This document shows positions 26,156 through 39,067 of a stretch of DNA of 64,000 nucleotides, piece after piece. Below the pieces are notes generated by a model, which was not told where the DNA came from, searched no databases, and saw only the letters and a list, made by a program, of their open reading frames with translations. Made by a program: the position numbers and the translations under genes. Source of the stretch: Hormiphora californensis (taxonomy: Eukaryota > Animalia > Ctenophora); the NCBI GenBank assembly GCA_020137815.1, contig CM035351.1, forward strand, positions 9,858,001-9,922,000, given 5' to 3'. The stretch's first letter is position 1, and each line of letters begins with the position of its first letter.

Positions 26156-27629
26156 CTGCCCCTTTTTTTTAGAATGAAGTATTTGCATTTTTTAAGTTTC
26201 GAGAAAATCGACTTTAAAGTTTTTTAGAGGGTTTTTCGGAACTAAAATTGTCATAGAAGCCCAAATAGTACGTCAAACGATTTATGACTTATACCACAAG
26301 AATCCTGAAGGAATTCTGCAGGACTTCCAATTATCAGCTATCATCAAATTTGTCTCAAATTGATGTCAGGCATCAAAATTGATGCCTTACTCTGTTGGTT
26401 ACTTCACTTATATTACAGTTTTGAAAATACTTCCGTTGCTAGACTGATATCGACTGAAGCATAATTTTTCGTGGTAGATACTTCAGTAATTACTTCACTC
26501 AAAAAAATACTTCATCATAATAGCAACAAAAGCACCTAAAAAGTACTTCACTTGCATATACTTCAGTAATTACTTCATTCCTAAAAATACTTCTTCAGAA
26601 CTGTATTCAAAATGCCTAAAAGTAACTTAATCGAACAAAAGTGTACATGTGCTTCAAAATCGCAATCTTACTTCAATATTTTGGATAAAATCACAAACGA
26701 AGTTAATTTTCATTTAACACGCAGTGAAGTATAAAATGTGTTAGAATTCTTGCTAGTCTTGAAAGTAACTCCAGAGCAGCAGCTGCAGACAAACAGACGC
26801 ACAGACAAACAGACGCACAAATTACAACTGCAGCAGCCTGCAGCAGCCTGCAGCAGCATAAAGAGATGGGCCGCCCGCCCTTCGGGCGGAATGTTAAAAT
26901 CATGGTGCTGATAAATTGAGCGAAAACAGAAAAACGCTATGGCAACCCTCAAACTAAGACGAACCTGCAGATAAAATCTGGAAGATTAATCTGTTCCGGT
27001 ACGAGTCATACTTTGAAATTGGTTGAGTTCGGCTTGTAATATCAGAGTGAAACATGGAGATTGGAGATTCAAGAATTTTCTTCCGACCTCTACACAGGTC
27101 CGTGTTCATAAAATATGACAGACATACAAACAGATCACAGACATACAAACAGATCACAGACAGACACACAGACAGACACACAGGCCAGTTCATTACATGT
27201 TTTAACAATCGATTGGCTGATAACCAGTCACGTGACCTGAATAATGAGCTCGGATTGGTTGTTTATTTGGTCCGGTCGGTTGCTGAGAGATAGAGAAAGG
27301 GTCTGACAGAGAGATAATATCGATGAGAGGGAACGGGAGTGAGATTGTCTCCATTCGGGTTATTCACGAAGAGGAGTATTTGTCTAGGAGTGTGGGAATG
27401 TAAGGACAGAACAGTTAGATGACAATATATTTTGTTAATATTTGGATGATTTGTATCCGTATTCTTTAATTTTTTACAAACATTTCAAATTCCCGTGAGT
27501 GTGATAGTTCAGTGACATGGGAGACAGTGGGAGGCAAAGTGACAGGGGTTACAATGGGAGGCAAAGTGACAGGGGTTACAATTGGAGATAAGGTGACAGG
27601 GGTGACAAAGGGATATAAGGTGACAGGCC

Positions 27630-28942
27630 CTCACTCACCCCCCTTCCCCAGGTCATCCTGCCTCCTAACTCACCCCCTTCCCCAGGTCATCCTGCCTCCT
27701 AACTCACCCCCCTTCCCCAGGTCATCCTGCCTCCTAACTCACCCCCCTTCCCTAGGTCATCCTGACCCCTAACTCACCCCCCTTCCCTAGGTCATCCTGC
27801 CTCCTAACTCACCCCCTTCCCCAGGTCATCCTGCCTCCTAACTCACCCCCTTCCCCAGGTTATCCTGACCCCTAACTCACCCCCCTTCCCCAGGTCATCC
27901 TGCCTCCTAACTCACCCCCTTCCCCAGGTCATCCTGCCTCCTAACTCACCCCCTTCCCCAGGTCATCCTGCCTCGTAACTCACCCCCCTTCCCCAGGTTA
28001 TCCTGACCCCTAACTCACCCCCCTTCCCCAGGTCATCCTGCCTCCTAACTCACCCCACTTCCTTAGGTTATCCTGACCCCTAACTCACCCCCTTCCCCAG
28101 GTCATCCTGCCTCCTAACTCACCCCCTTCCCTAGGTTATCCTGACCCCTAACTCACCCCCTTCCCTAGGTCATCCTGCCTCCTAACTCACCTCCCTTCCC
28201 TAGGTTATCCTGCCTCCTAACTCACCCCCCTTCCCCAGGTCATCCTGCCTCCTAACTCACCCCCTTCCCTAGGTTATCCTGCCTCCTAACTCACCCCCTT
28301 CCCTAGGTTATCCTGACCCCTAACTCACCCCCTTCCCCAGGTCATCCTGCCTCCTAACTCACCCCCCTTCCCTAGGTTATCCTGACCCCTAACTCACCCC
28401 CTTCCCTAGGTTATCCTGCCTCCTAACTCACCCCCTTCCCCAGGTCATCCTGCCTCCTAACTCACCCCCTTCCCCAGGTCATCCTGCCTCCTAACTCACC
28501 CCCCTTCCCCAGGTCATCCTGCCTCCTAACTCACCCCCCTTCCCTAGGTCATCCTGACCCCTAACTCACCCCCCTTCCCTAGGTCATCCTGCCTCCTAAC
28601 TCACCCCCTTCCCCAGGTCATCCTGCCTCCTAACTCACCCCCTTCCCCAGGTTATCCTGACCCCTAACTCACCCCCCTTCCCCAGGTCATCCTGCCTCCT
28701 AACTCACCCCCTTCCCCAGGTCATCCTGCCTCCTAACTCACCCCCTTCCCCAGGTCATCCTGCCTCGTAACTCACCCCCCTTCCCCAGGTTATCCTGACC
28801 CCTAACTCACCCCCCTTCCCCAGGTCATCCTGCCTCCTAACTCACCCCACTTCCTTAGGTTATCCTGACCCCTAACTCACCCCCTTCCCCAGGTCATCCT
28901 GCCTCCTAACTCACCCCCTTCCCTAGGTTATCCTGACCCCTA
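27630..28942. repeat. 32-33-bp C-rich minisatellite, about 40 copies
   Basis: Variants of CCTAACTCACCCCCTTCCCCAGGTCATCCTGCCT. Confidence 0.95.
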
Positions 28943-28953
28943 GCCTTTCGGAA

Positions 28954-29402
28954 TCTAACTATATCTAATGCAAATTTGGGTGGAAATGTGACACCTTATC
29001 GTCAGTGTGACGACGTGATCCGTCACTGTGACGACGTGATCCGTCACTGTGACGACGTGATCCGTCACTGTGACGACGTGATCCGTCACTGTGACGACGT
29101 GATACGTCACTGTGACGACGTGATTCGTAGGTATCACGTATCACAAGTGCTAGAGAACTGCTTGCGAACTAAAGGGGTCACTTCACATACATAAAAGGGA
29201 GAGAAAGAGAGAGAGGAAAAAGAGAGGGATCACATCACATAGCATATATCATAAGCGAGAGAGAGAGTGAAGGAGAGACAGTGAGACAGAGAGGCCGCAG
29301 ACTGCAGAACGAGACAGAGAGAGACGGAGAGACAATCAGTGAGATAGACAGAGAGATAGAGAGTAAGACAGCGAGAAAAAAGATAGAAACAGAGAGAGAG
29401 AG

Positions 29403-29494
<92 letters not shown>

Positions 29495-29548
29495 TATGGA
29501 AACAGATTCCTCGATTAGCGATCGGTACGATCGCCCCAGTTTTGCTAG
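28954..29548 (+). mobile_element. Non-autonomous Helitron
   Basis: A|TC start, hairpin GCGATCGgtaCGATCGC near the 3' end, CTAG|T end; internal 21-bp tandem repeat and (GA)n. Confidence 0.85.
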
Positions 29549-30019
29549 TGATGTAAATTTGAAACCAAACGCTAGGGCAATAACTTATAAAACCTTATGA
29601 GGTCAGTGTTTGACAACACTGTTTGTGGTGTCTCTCTCTCTTTGTCTCAGAGTGACACTCTTACATAGAGATAATCCCAGAATCATGATCACCCCGGCCC
29701 CCAGACATCTCTTCTCCACTTGTTGAGTTACCTAACAACTGGTTGTGTTGTGTCGTTACGACAGTACGGTACTGGAACATAATGCTACCTTTGAATGTGG
29801 GGTTCTAAGTTCGAAGAATGAGATTGGAGTGACGTAGTTGTGACGGTGAGGATGAGTAATTCGAGATGTGAACGATAATTATAATTACTCAGAATAGAAT
29901 AATTATTATAGGGATCGCCTCCGTTCGACCTTCATCATGATGATGCTGCAGCAAAGAACAAATCTTGGAAATTACTTCATTTGGCCGGACTTGTGTTATA
30001 AATGGCACATATTATAATA

Positions 30020-30443
30020 AACAAGAATTATTGCATTATGTATTCATAATGCGGTATTTCCCTGCCCTCCGTCGACAGGATCAGTATCACACTATCAGTA
30101 TCACAATATCAAGGCTTGGTCACAATGTGAGATGCATGCGTCCTGTATGTATGCAGTTACACAGCTGTTTTACTCTACCCTCACCCCTTCAGCAACAGTG
30201 TTGTGAGCGCCGCGCACAGCTTTGAAAAATAAGCGTCCTGACATCATATTTCATCAAAACAGTTATTTGATTTTATGAAGGAGCAGTTACTATGCTGCTA
30301 CCGTGACACACGCGATTTTGACCACGCTCGAGTTACTATTTCAAATCCGAGATTTCTAAACCCTTTATGATCTTTTTAGCACACGTGCTAAAACGATCAT
30401 CCGGGTGGATGCCCTTCGGGCATCCACCCGGGCAGGGAAAAAA
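30020..30443 (+). mobile_element. Helentron/HINE-like element
   Basis: 5' ACAAGAATTATT, palindrome GCATTATG/CATAATGC, sub-TIR TTCCCTGCCC; 3' GC hairpin plus GGGCAGGGAAAAAA. Confidence 0.75.
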
Positions 30444-31269
30444 TGAAGTATTCTTAAGTTATGAAGTATTTTTTCTGGATGCGACAAGAAGCATTTGAAT
30501 TCCACAGATTTATGAAGCATTTTCAAATTGAAGTAAATGAAGTGAAGTATCTTCTGATTTGAAAATACTTCAAACAAAATCTGCAACTGATTTATGAAGC
30601 ATTTTCAAATTGAAGTAAATGAAGTGAAGTATCTTCTGAGTGGACAATACTTCAAACAAAATCTGCAGCTGATTGAAGTATTTCAATAGAATTTTTTAAA
30701 TGAAGCAAACAACTGAAGCAAATTTTTCTGCGGTTATTACTTCTATGGTAGAAAAGTTTAACGAAGCAGTATTTATTTCCGAATTATATTAGCGAAGCAA
30801 TTGCCATTTGCTTCACTTTTCTGCAGTTTTTCAAAAATAAAAGTACTTCACAAAAAACACTTCACTCTATTTTTTGAAGATTGAGACACGAGACTTAGCC
30901 CATCTTGTAGATCTTTTTCTCCTGATCAAGATGGTATAAATAACTCAAAATCGCCAAAATTGCAAATACTTCATTCTAAAAAAAAGGGGCAGAGTAGCGT
31001 TTGGAAGGTAAATAACACCCAGCCAACCGACGTGGGCAGGCCGAGAACCATGTCATCCTATGCTACAATAACTACGGATAGTAGCACCAATATAGCACGG
31101 TCCCAGCAGCCGAGCTCCAATGCAGCACGTGAGCCAGCCCCATTTGATGAGCAGGCTTTTTTCGAAAGACTCTTGGGCGATGGACGCGAGAATGGACGCG
31201 AAAATGAGAGAAATGCTAGACGTGAGACTAGAGCCGAGACGAACGTGGAGGGAACGTTAGGGCCTGTTT

Positions 31270-34085
31270 CGCCTACGAGCAAGCTGTTACTGCTTAATGC
31301 AAGGAGTCCAGCAGGTGATACAGGTTGGAAACTCGGAGACTGTGTTACGCAAGAGAAAACTCCCAAAGTAGCCATTGCAGTAACTGAGACTTGGTTTGAG
31401 GGTTATCATTCTGATGCTCAGGTTCAGATACCAGGGTATGACGTATATAATAGAAGTGATAGAGAGAACCGAGTCGGCGGAGGCTGTGCCTTATATGTTC
31501 AATGTTCGCTGGCTGTTTCTGACAGTATATATTTTGCGAGTGGGAATAACAATATGTGTGTATGTTGATCAAATAAACACTATTTATGCTGCTGTGTATC
31601 GCTCCGAGTCAAGTGTGTTAGACTTTCAAAAGCTGATGGACAATTTGCAGACTTTTATAGATAAACACAGTGATGGATGATTATCAGAGGTCGTAATTTC
31701 TGGGGATTTTAATCTTCCTCTTTTTCAGTGGTCCGATGGTTCGTCTGTCCCGGTTGATCAGCCTAACTACAATGTTGTTGATTTCATAGACACAAACTTT
31801 CTATCCCAAGTTGTTGAGGGCCCTACAAGAGGCAACAACACGCTAGACCTTGTGTTTACCAACCGTCCAGAATATTTCAGCGATATTTCTATTACGGATG
31901 GGGGTATCTCGGACCATTTCTGGGTATCATGTGAACTATCTTTCAACCCTCTCGGTCCTAAAAGTTTATTTCTTCCCAGTACACTTGAGGGTTATCGTCA
32001 ATTGGATCTTCAGTCGGCTGACTTCACTAGTATTGATGCGGAACTAGCGGCTACTGATTGGGATCGAATGTTGACGGAATGTGAAGAACTGGGAGACGAG
32101 GATGGTTCCCTTTTTGTGGAGGCCATGCGTGACAAAGTGTTCAAAGTTGTAAAGTCACACTGTCGTCTGTCGGTTGAAGAAAATCAGAAAAGAGTTTGTG
32201 GACAAAGAACTGAAACACTTAACTAGCAGGAGACGTAAATTGGTTAAACGAGAGGACGATTCAAACAAATCGAAATCACAGATGGACTGTATTATTGGAA
32301 GGATAAAGGACCATCTGATATCAAGGGACAAGAAGTCAGAGAGGAAGGCTGTGAGCTGTCGGCGTAATTAAAGAAAACCCGAAGTTCTTTTATTCACACG
32401 TCAAGAGGAAATCAAAGGTTAAATCTTCAGTTGCACCCCTTGAGCGTGAAGATGGTTCACTAACTGTGGATCCTCAAGATAATGCTGGACTACTCCAACA
32501 CCAGTTTTCCAGTGTTTTTAGTGATCCTTCCGCTATCGACCCCGCAGAGGCGGCTGGTAACGTGGAGGACCTTGGTGAGATCCTGACAAGTTTGGAGTTT
32601 TCACAGGAATGTATCCAGACTGGCTTGAAGGAACTTAAACCATTCTCAGCATCCCCTCCTGACTGCATTCCTTCTTTTGTTCTGAAACAGTGCAGCAGTA
32701 GCCTGGCATACCCGATTTGTTGTGGAACAGGTCATTTGAAGACGGATCTGTCCCTATAGTTGCTTAAAGCAACAGTTCATAACACCGTTATTCAAGAAGG
32801 GGGCTAAATCGAAACCTGTGAATTATCGCCCAGTGTCTATAACAAGTCACCTGTCTAAAGTGTTTGAGCGGCTGGTGAGGAAACGGATCAGTGACTACTT
32901 GGACGAGATGGAGTTGCAGAGTGACACACAGCATGGTTTTAGGAAGGGGCGCAGTACCATGACACAAACCCATGTTGACATCATCCTATCTGAACTATGC
33001 GGTGATCAGGAAGTCGATGCTATCTACTTAGATTTTAGTAAAGCATTTGATTCCGTGGATATCAATGTTCTGCTAGCTAAATTGAGGTGATATGGTATTG
33101 GAGGTCAACTCCTTCAGTGGATCAGTGCGTGGATCCTGGGCAGGAATCAGTGTGTAATGGTGGATGGAGTGAGGTCGCCCTGGGTTGAGGTACTTAGTGG
33201 GGTTGCCCAGGGTAGTGTGCTCGGACCACTTCTTTTCCTCATATATATTCTTGACCTGGAGACAGTACTAGACGGTAGCATGTGTCTAACTTTTGCTGAC
33301 GATACTAAGTTTGTAAAAGCTATTTCGGATATGAATAGCCAGGCGTGCCTACAGAACGATCTTTTAAGAGTGGCAGAATGGGCAAAGAAGAACAATATGA
33401 AGTTACATGAGGACAAATTTCAGCTCTTGAGCTATAGTCTGAATAAGTCTGCTATCCTCAGACAGTTTCCTTTCGCAGCTGAAGTGTTTTCATACACTAC
33501 AAGCTCAGGTGTGCAGTTGACCCCCGAACCTGATGTTCGTGATCTGGGTGTCCAGATGTCTTCAGATGGGTCATGGACGAGGCACATTTCTATCATAGTG
33601 CGGAAGGCTTCCCTCTTGAGTGACTGGATATTCAGCGTTTTTCGGAACCGTTCTCCGGAGGTTATGGTACAGCTTTTCAAGTCCTTGGTCAGGCCTATTC
33701 TTGAGTACTGTTGCCTAGTCTGGAACCCTTCCAAGGCTGGTGATATCAAGGCTATTGAGAATGTCCAACGTTGTTTCACCAGACGTCTTGATGGTATGCA
33801 GGGTCATGACTATTGGGATAGACTGAAATTGCTCAATCTTATGTCCCTTCAGCGTCGGAGACAGCGCTACATTCTGATTCATGTGTGGAAGACGATTCAT
33901 GGTTTTGTACCTAACTCTGCCAACCTAGTATTTCAACAGCACGCTAGACTGGGTATGCGGATAGTCCCACCACCTTACCCCTATAGAGCAGAAACGAAAC
34001 GAGCTAATCAATTTCACTGCTCATTTGGTCCAAGAGCAGCTCATTTATGGAACACTCTACCAGCTAAGGCCAAATTTTCGACGTC
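31270..34085 (+). pseudogene. LINE ORF2 remnant (AP endonuclease + reverse transcriptase), CR1-like
   Basis: APE motifs: VTETWF, DRENRVGGG, GDFNLP, PTRGNNTLDL, SDH. RT motifs: NYRPVSITS, QHGFRKGRS, YLDFSKAFDSV, GVAQGSVLGPLLF, FADDTK, VRPILEY...WNP. Frameshifts and stops present. Confidence 0.95.
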
Positions 34086-35174
34086 AAGGCATCGCAATCA
34101 ATAAAGCCGCCACCGGACAGCTCCTATACCTTCTCTCCCACGAAACGACAAAACCACGAACACTCCTTGATCGGGGACAACATCGAGGAGGAGCCTCGAC
34201 ATTTGCTCCCTCTGTATGGAGGGAAGACACCAGCTTCAGGCCTGCCCTCTGAACAGGCCCACATCTCCGCTCCGGATCCTGCGGCGTTTCAACCTGTGTG
34301 CCTGCCGGGAGTTATCGAGGACCGTAAACCTGGATCCGAATACGCACATCGAGAGGACCATAGTGGACCAGTTCCTATGCGACCACCATCTTCCTCGCCA
34401 ACACGTCCAGCAGCAGCGCCCGACTGAGGACAACACCATACTCGATCTGCAACTAATTTGGCAGGTCTCGTATCCCATACCCAATTAGTTGCAGATACCG
34501 AATAATTTCACCGATTCGTCTCCCGTATCCCATACACAATTAGTTGCAGATACCGAATTACTTCACCGATTCGTCTCTCGTATCCCATACAGAGATAGAG
34601 AGATCACGTGAGAGAAACCCTATTTCTGGCTGCTAAAATCTATTTCTGGCTGCTAAATCTATTTCTGGCTGCTTGCAGCCAGAAATAGGTCTAGCAGCCA
34701 GAAATAGCAGCCAGAAATAGACTGTCGAGCAACTGTGCACCTGCCGTGAATTTTTCAAAACGTGAACCCCGGTCGGATTTCTTGAACACGTATTTTTGAC
34801 TTTAGGACGATATATCTGACGATTGGTAAGACTTGGAACGTCAATCTTGCAACCAAAATGTTCGCCAGACAATTCTCTAGAACACTGGTTTTTGTTAGAA
34901 CCATGTTGACCAATTTTTCGATGAGTTTTGATTAATTTGACGGAACCCGGTCATGACCAGTAATCGCAAGTCACGCAAAGACAGTGGGACACTACTACCA
35001 TCTTTCGATTCCAATGAATGTTCATAAATTTTCAGTGGTGATTAGGCTTGCTTTTGCGTGGGACGTGGGTGCGGTACCTTTTTTAAATGTGCATATTTCT
35101 AGCTTAGAAGATATCTCAAAATAATCTTATGAAACGAGTAGAGAAGACACCGAAGGCATTACAGTGAGAGAGAA

Positions 35175-35630
35175 CAGCCCCGATTTTGATGAAACTTGGT
35201 CAGAATAGTGTTTGGTGTCTAATTAGAAACGTCCTAGAACAAAATGAATAGAACCATCTTTCTAAGCGTGAAATTCTGCATCGATTTTAGTGGCTGTAAA
35301 CCTTTCTATGACGTTTTTGATCTGTGATGTCTATGTAACGAAAAAAACCTAAAATACCTTACCACATGAAGCATACCCGTTTGGTTTTTGGGGATAACTT
35401 CTGAACCTTACGACTACGTCATAGAAAGGTTTACAGCCACTATAATCGATGCAGAATTTCACGCCGAGAAAGATGAGTCTATTTATTTTGTTCTAGGACG
35501 TTCCTGAAACCCATAAAAGCCAAAAAAACCTAGAAAAACCTAAATTTAGGATTTGAGCACTTAAAAAAATTTTGACTTCTAATTAGACACCAAAGACCAT
35601 TTTGATTTAGTTTCATCAAAATCGGGGCTA
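35175..35630. mobile_element. Inverted-repeat element
   Basis: AGCCCCGATTTTGATGAAAC and its reverse complement, plus inner arms 35230-35312 / 35415-35502. Confidence 0.6.
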
Positions 35631-35833
35631 TTTTTACTTTAAAACCTTGACATTTAGTCCAAAACTTCAAAATTTTCGGGGTTCGCTTAGAGGTACCGGG
35701 CTACCCTAAAATGAGGCTTAATCACCGCCTTTAATGTCTTTTAATGTCCTTTAATGTCTCAGGGACATTAAAGTCGGACGTGTATGTTTAGGACATGGAT
35801 ATTAAATTCATGCGCCCCCTAATTTTCACTAAC

Positions 35834-36045
35834 CTTTGCGGTACAATCGTCGCTGGCGCTTATCACACAATCTGTGTGGCTAGTGAAGACTGCACAGGAA
35901 ACTGTCGCCGTATGGCCCTGGTACACATTAACTGAATGAATAGAAGTCCGGAAATCCCATACTCGGAATGTAGTATCCTTGCTGCAGGTGACAATAAGCG
36001 CTTGGGAGGGATGCACCGCTGTGTGTGTCAATTCTTCTTCGTGAC
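35834..36045 (-). CDS. WDR37: WDR37-like exon (WD40)
   Basis: cgcag acceptor and gttagt donor; phase 1 to 0. Encodes [70 protein letters not shown]. Confidence 0.94.
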
Positions 36046-36690
36046 CTGCGATAGTGTGTGTTTGAACCTCTCCGAACGGCAGGTGAGAAGAAGCCCGACC
36101 GGTTAAGGGACCCTTTAAGGGACCCTAGAAAGTTAAGGGACCCTTTAATGAGGTAGAACGAATCGTGAGCAGTCCTATAATAAAATGTATCGGGGAGGAG
36201 AACCTCTAGGAATGGTCTAAACCATTCCCGACTCCTCCAGGTAAAACATACCATGAATTCAAGAGGTGCACTCCTAGAAGTGAATTTTTCCATTTCTAGC
36301 CGGTGTACCTCAAGGCTGGGGAAGGTAGCCCCCCGTGCTACATCCCTCCCATCCCAGCCCCTCACGGAGAAGAAGAAGGTATCATTTCTCGATTTCGGGC
36401 AGAGCGAGGGCGGGGCCCGGAAAATTTGAGGTTATGGACGAAAAAATCAGTGTTTTGAGCTCATTTTGGCCATCTATCTCAGCCACCCAGTTCCACCACT
36501 CCTGGTGGTAAAAGATCAACAAAAAATAACAAAAGGAGCGTCACCCGTCGATGCATGGAAAACTAAGGGCGGACACACTGGGTGCATGTTGCTGAAGAAA
36601 TGTGGGAGCAATGTTTTGAAACGTTTCATCTGTTTGCTCCAAACATTCACCACAAAACATCAATGAGTTCAGGGTAATCCATGTACCTAC

Positions 36691-36863
36691 CAGAGAGTGT
36701 GTGCATAATAGTGCCAACCTCAGCATCCCAAACAAGCGCAGTCCTATCCCAGGACGCGGTTACGGCCTGAGTTCCACTATTAAGCCACTCTGCAGTGGTG
36801 ACAACGCTGCTATGACCATCAAGCGTCCGCTGAGGTGTTTTTACCACTACCGCCGCTGCCACA
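36691..36863 (-). CDS. WDR37: WDR37-like exon (WD40)
   Basis: ttcag acceptor and gtaggt donor; phase 2 to 1. Encodes VVVKTPQRTLDGHSSVVTTAEWLNSGTQAVTASWDRTALVWDAEVGTIMHTLS. Confidence 0.93.
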
Positions 36864-37254
36864 CTGAAGAAAGGAACAACATAAGTAGTCAGAAAGCGGT
36901 GAATTTCAATATGTAAAACTTGGAATATTTTGGTACATTTTTTGGGTTTCCCACATGCCAAGGGAAGTATGCCATGGGAAGTATGCCATGAGAATATGCC
37001 ATGCCTTGTAACAGTTACGTGACCAGTGGCCACAAAAGGATGTAAAATTGATGACTAAACTTTAAAACTGGGTTTCCTGGTGAATTTTTTGGCTGATGCA
37101 ATGTTAGTTACTATGTTATTCATGGCAGTTGCTATAGTAACCAAGTCAGTTCGGTGAGTTACGGTTTTGTACGGTTTTGTACGGACCATACATAAAAGTA
37201 TCCGAAATTCCTGTTTTTTTCTACTAATTTTATTACTATGTAATTTCGATTCTG

Positions 37255-37660
37255 GATAATTTTCTCGGTAAGAAATTGCGATCCGGGGAAATTTCTGGCT
37301 TAGAAAATACGATTCGAGAATTTTTTTCGGTAAGAAATCGCGATTCGGGGAAATTTCTCGCTTAGAAAATACGATTCAAGAAAATTTTCTCGGTAAGAAA
37401 TTGCGATTTGGGGAAATTTCTCGCTTAGAAAATACGATTCAAGAAAATTTTCTCGGTAAGAAATTGCGATTCGGGGAAATTTCTCGCTTAGAAAATACGA
37501 TCCGAGAAAATATTTTTGGTAAGAAAATGCGATTCGGGTAAATTTCTCGCTTAGAAAATACGACTCGAGAAAATTTTCTCGGTAAGAAATTGCAATTCGG
37601 GAAAATTTCTCTCGCTTAGAAATTGCGATTCAAAAAGATTTCTCTCTTAGAAATTCCGAT
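37255..37660. repeat. 30/61-bp tandem repeat
   Basis: TTTCTCGGTAAGAAATTGCGATTCGGGGAAATTTCTCGCTTAGAAAATACGATTC units. Confidence 0.85.
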
Positions 37661-37967
37661 TTTTCGTACAAACAGTACAAAAAACTACAACAAATTATGG
37701 AGGTGGGTGCCTAGTAAAAGTTCATGGACGGGTTCCTTTTGTACCAATGTACCACCTAGGAACGTTTGTCGTGTATTTATTATCTTTCATTCGAAATTCA
37801 AAAAAGTAAACATCATTGATTCAGATTTCGGAAATTTTGAATAGAATATTTCCTTGTGTTTTGATAAAGAACAATTAAAACATGATTAAAACATGTTTTT
37901 ATCTTCCAATTATAAGAAAAAGTTGCTAATTTTGTATGAAACCACAGTTTAATAGGAATTTATGACA

Positions 37968-38855
37968 CACTAGAAAGCCCATTGTTAAGTCCTACAACAC
38001 CCCCCCCCCCCACCGTCTCTATATCCCCCCTCTCAATCTTCGTCTCTCCATGTCGGGGTAAAGAATACGGAGATTGGTAGTTGTAGAGCGCTGGTGATAA
38101 ACATCAAGGGAAATCCCGCTGAATAACATGTAGAATCAGATGATAAAGATCCGTAGAATTGTAGCTGTGTAGAGAATCAACGGGGTACGCAGGTAGAAAG
38201 GCTTTGCCAATCATGGCGGCCCCAGCAGTAGATCCCAAAACACCAACAACAACAACCACAGGAACACGCAACAAACAACCAATAACATGCACGCGCAGTA
38301 TCCCCCCTCCAATACCCCTCCCAAGCCACCTCCTTGGCAACCCCCACCATTTGCACGTGATGATAGGACATCATCCTCATCACGCCACGCATTTGTACTT
38401 TATAATAAGGACTAGAAAGCCCATTGTAGTCCTACAACAGCCCCCCCCCCCACCCGTCTCTATGTCTCCCCCCTCTTACTATTCGTCTCTCCATGTCGGG
38501 GTAAAGAATACGGAGGTTGGTAGAGTGGTAGAGCGCTGGTGATAAACATCAAGGGAAATCCCGCTGAATAACATGTAGAATCAGGTGATAAAGATCCGTA
38601 GAATGGTAGCTGTGTAGAGAATCAACGGGGTACGTAGGTAGAAAGGCTTTGGCAATCATGGCGGCCCCAGCAGAAGATCCCAAAACACCACAGGAACAGC
38701 ACAGGAACACGCAACAAACAACCAACAACATGCACGTGCAGTATCCCCCTCCCATACCCCTCCCAAGCCACCTCCTTGGCAACCCCCCTCTATTTGCACG
38801 TGGGATACTCCATACTCCTCCTCACTACGACGTTCATTCCTACTTTATAATAAGG
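37968..38855. repeat. Diverged tandem duplication of about 443 bp
   Basis: ACTAGAAAGCCCATTGT at 37969 and 38411; paired ORFs 38104/38549. Confidence 0.85.
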
Positions 38856-39067
38856 ATTTATGATCATAAACTAAAGTTTCAACGATCAGAAAAGCTTTGT
38901 TTAATCATTTATACCCGTTTTATTTTTTTGTATTTTTTTGTACTTTTTTGTACTTTTTTGTATTTTTTTTGTATTTTTTTGCTTGAGGAAAGGCTTGTTT
39001 TTTTTCCGTACAAACATACAACAAATAGGTTGGAACCCCCCCCCCCCCCCCCCGATAGTTGATAGAA

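Larger units (their letters stand above)
26156..30992. mobile_element. TIR element with 4-bp TSD AGTA (Sola-like by inference) carrying nested repeats
   Basis: TIR CTGCCCC(T)8AGAATGAAGTATTTGCA; TACTTCA/TGAAGTA subrepeats; removing it restores the LINE ORF1 frame. Confidence 0.85.
24208..34085 (+). mobile_element. Degenerate near full-length CR1-like LINE: SL-like leader, ORF1 (AlkB + SGNH), ORF2 (APE + RT), broken by nested insertions
   Basis: Reading frames rejoin across the insertions: FITYEP|HFLDETQ (24489/25002) and GYLIV|AFG (26155/30997). ORF2 starts near 31270 with LLLLNARS. Confidence 0.8.

Noticed and set aside
24348-26227. Functional host ALKBH gene nested in the intron
   Set aside because: The interruptions are transposons lacking splice signals, stops and frameshifts are present, and the domain continues into SGNH and APE-RT.
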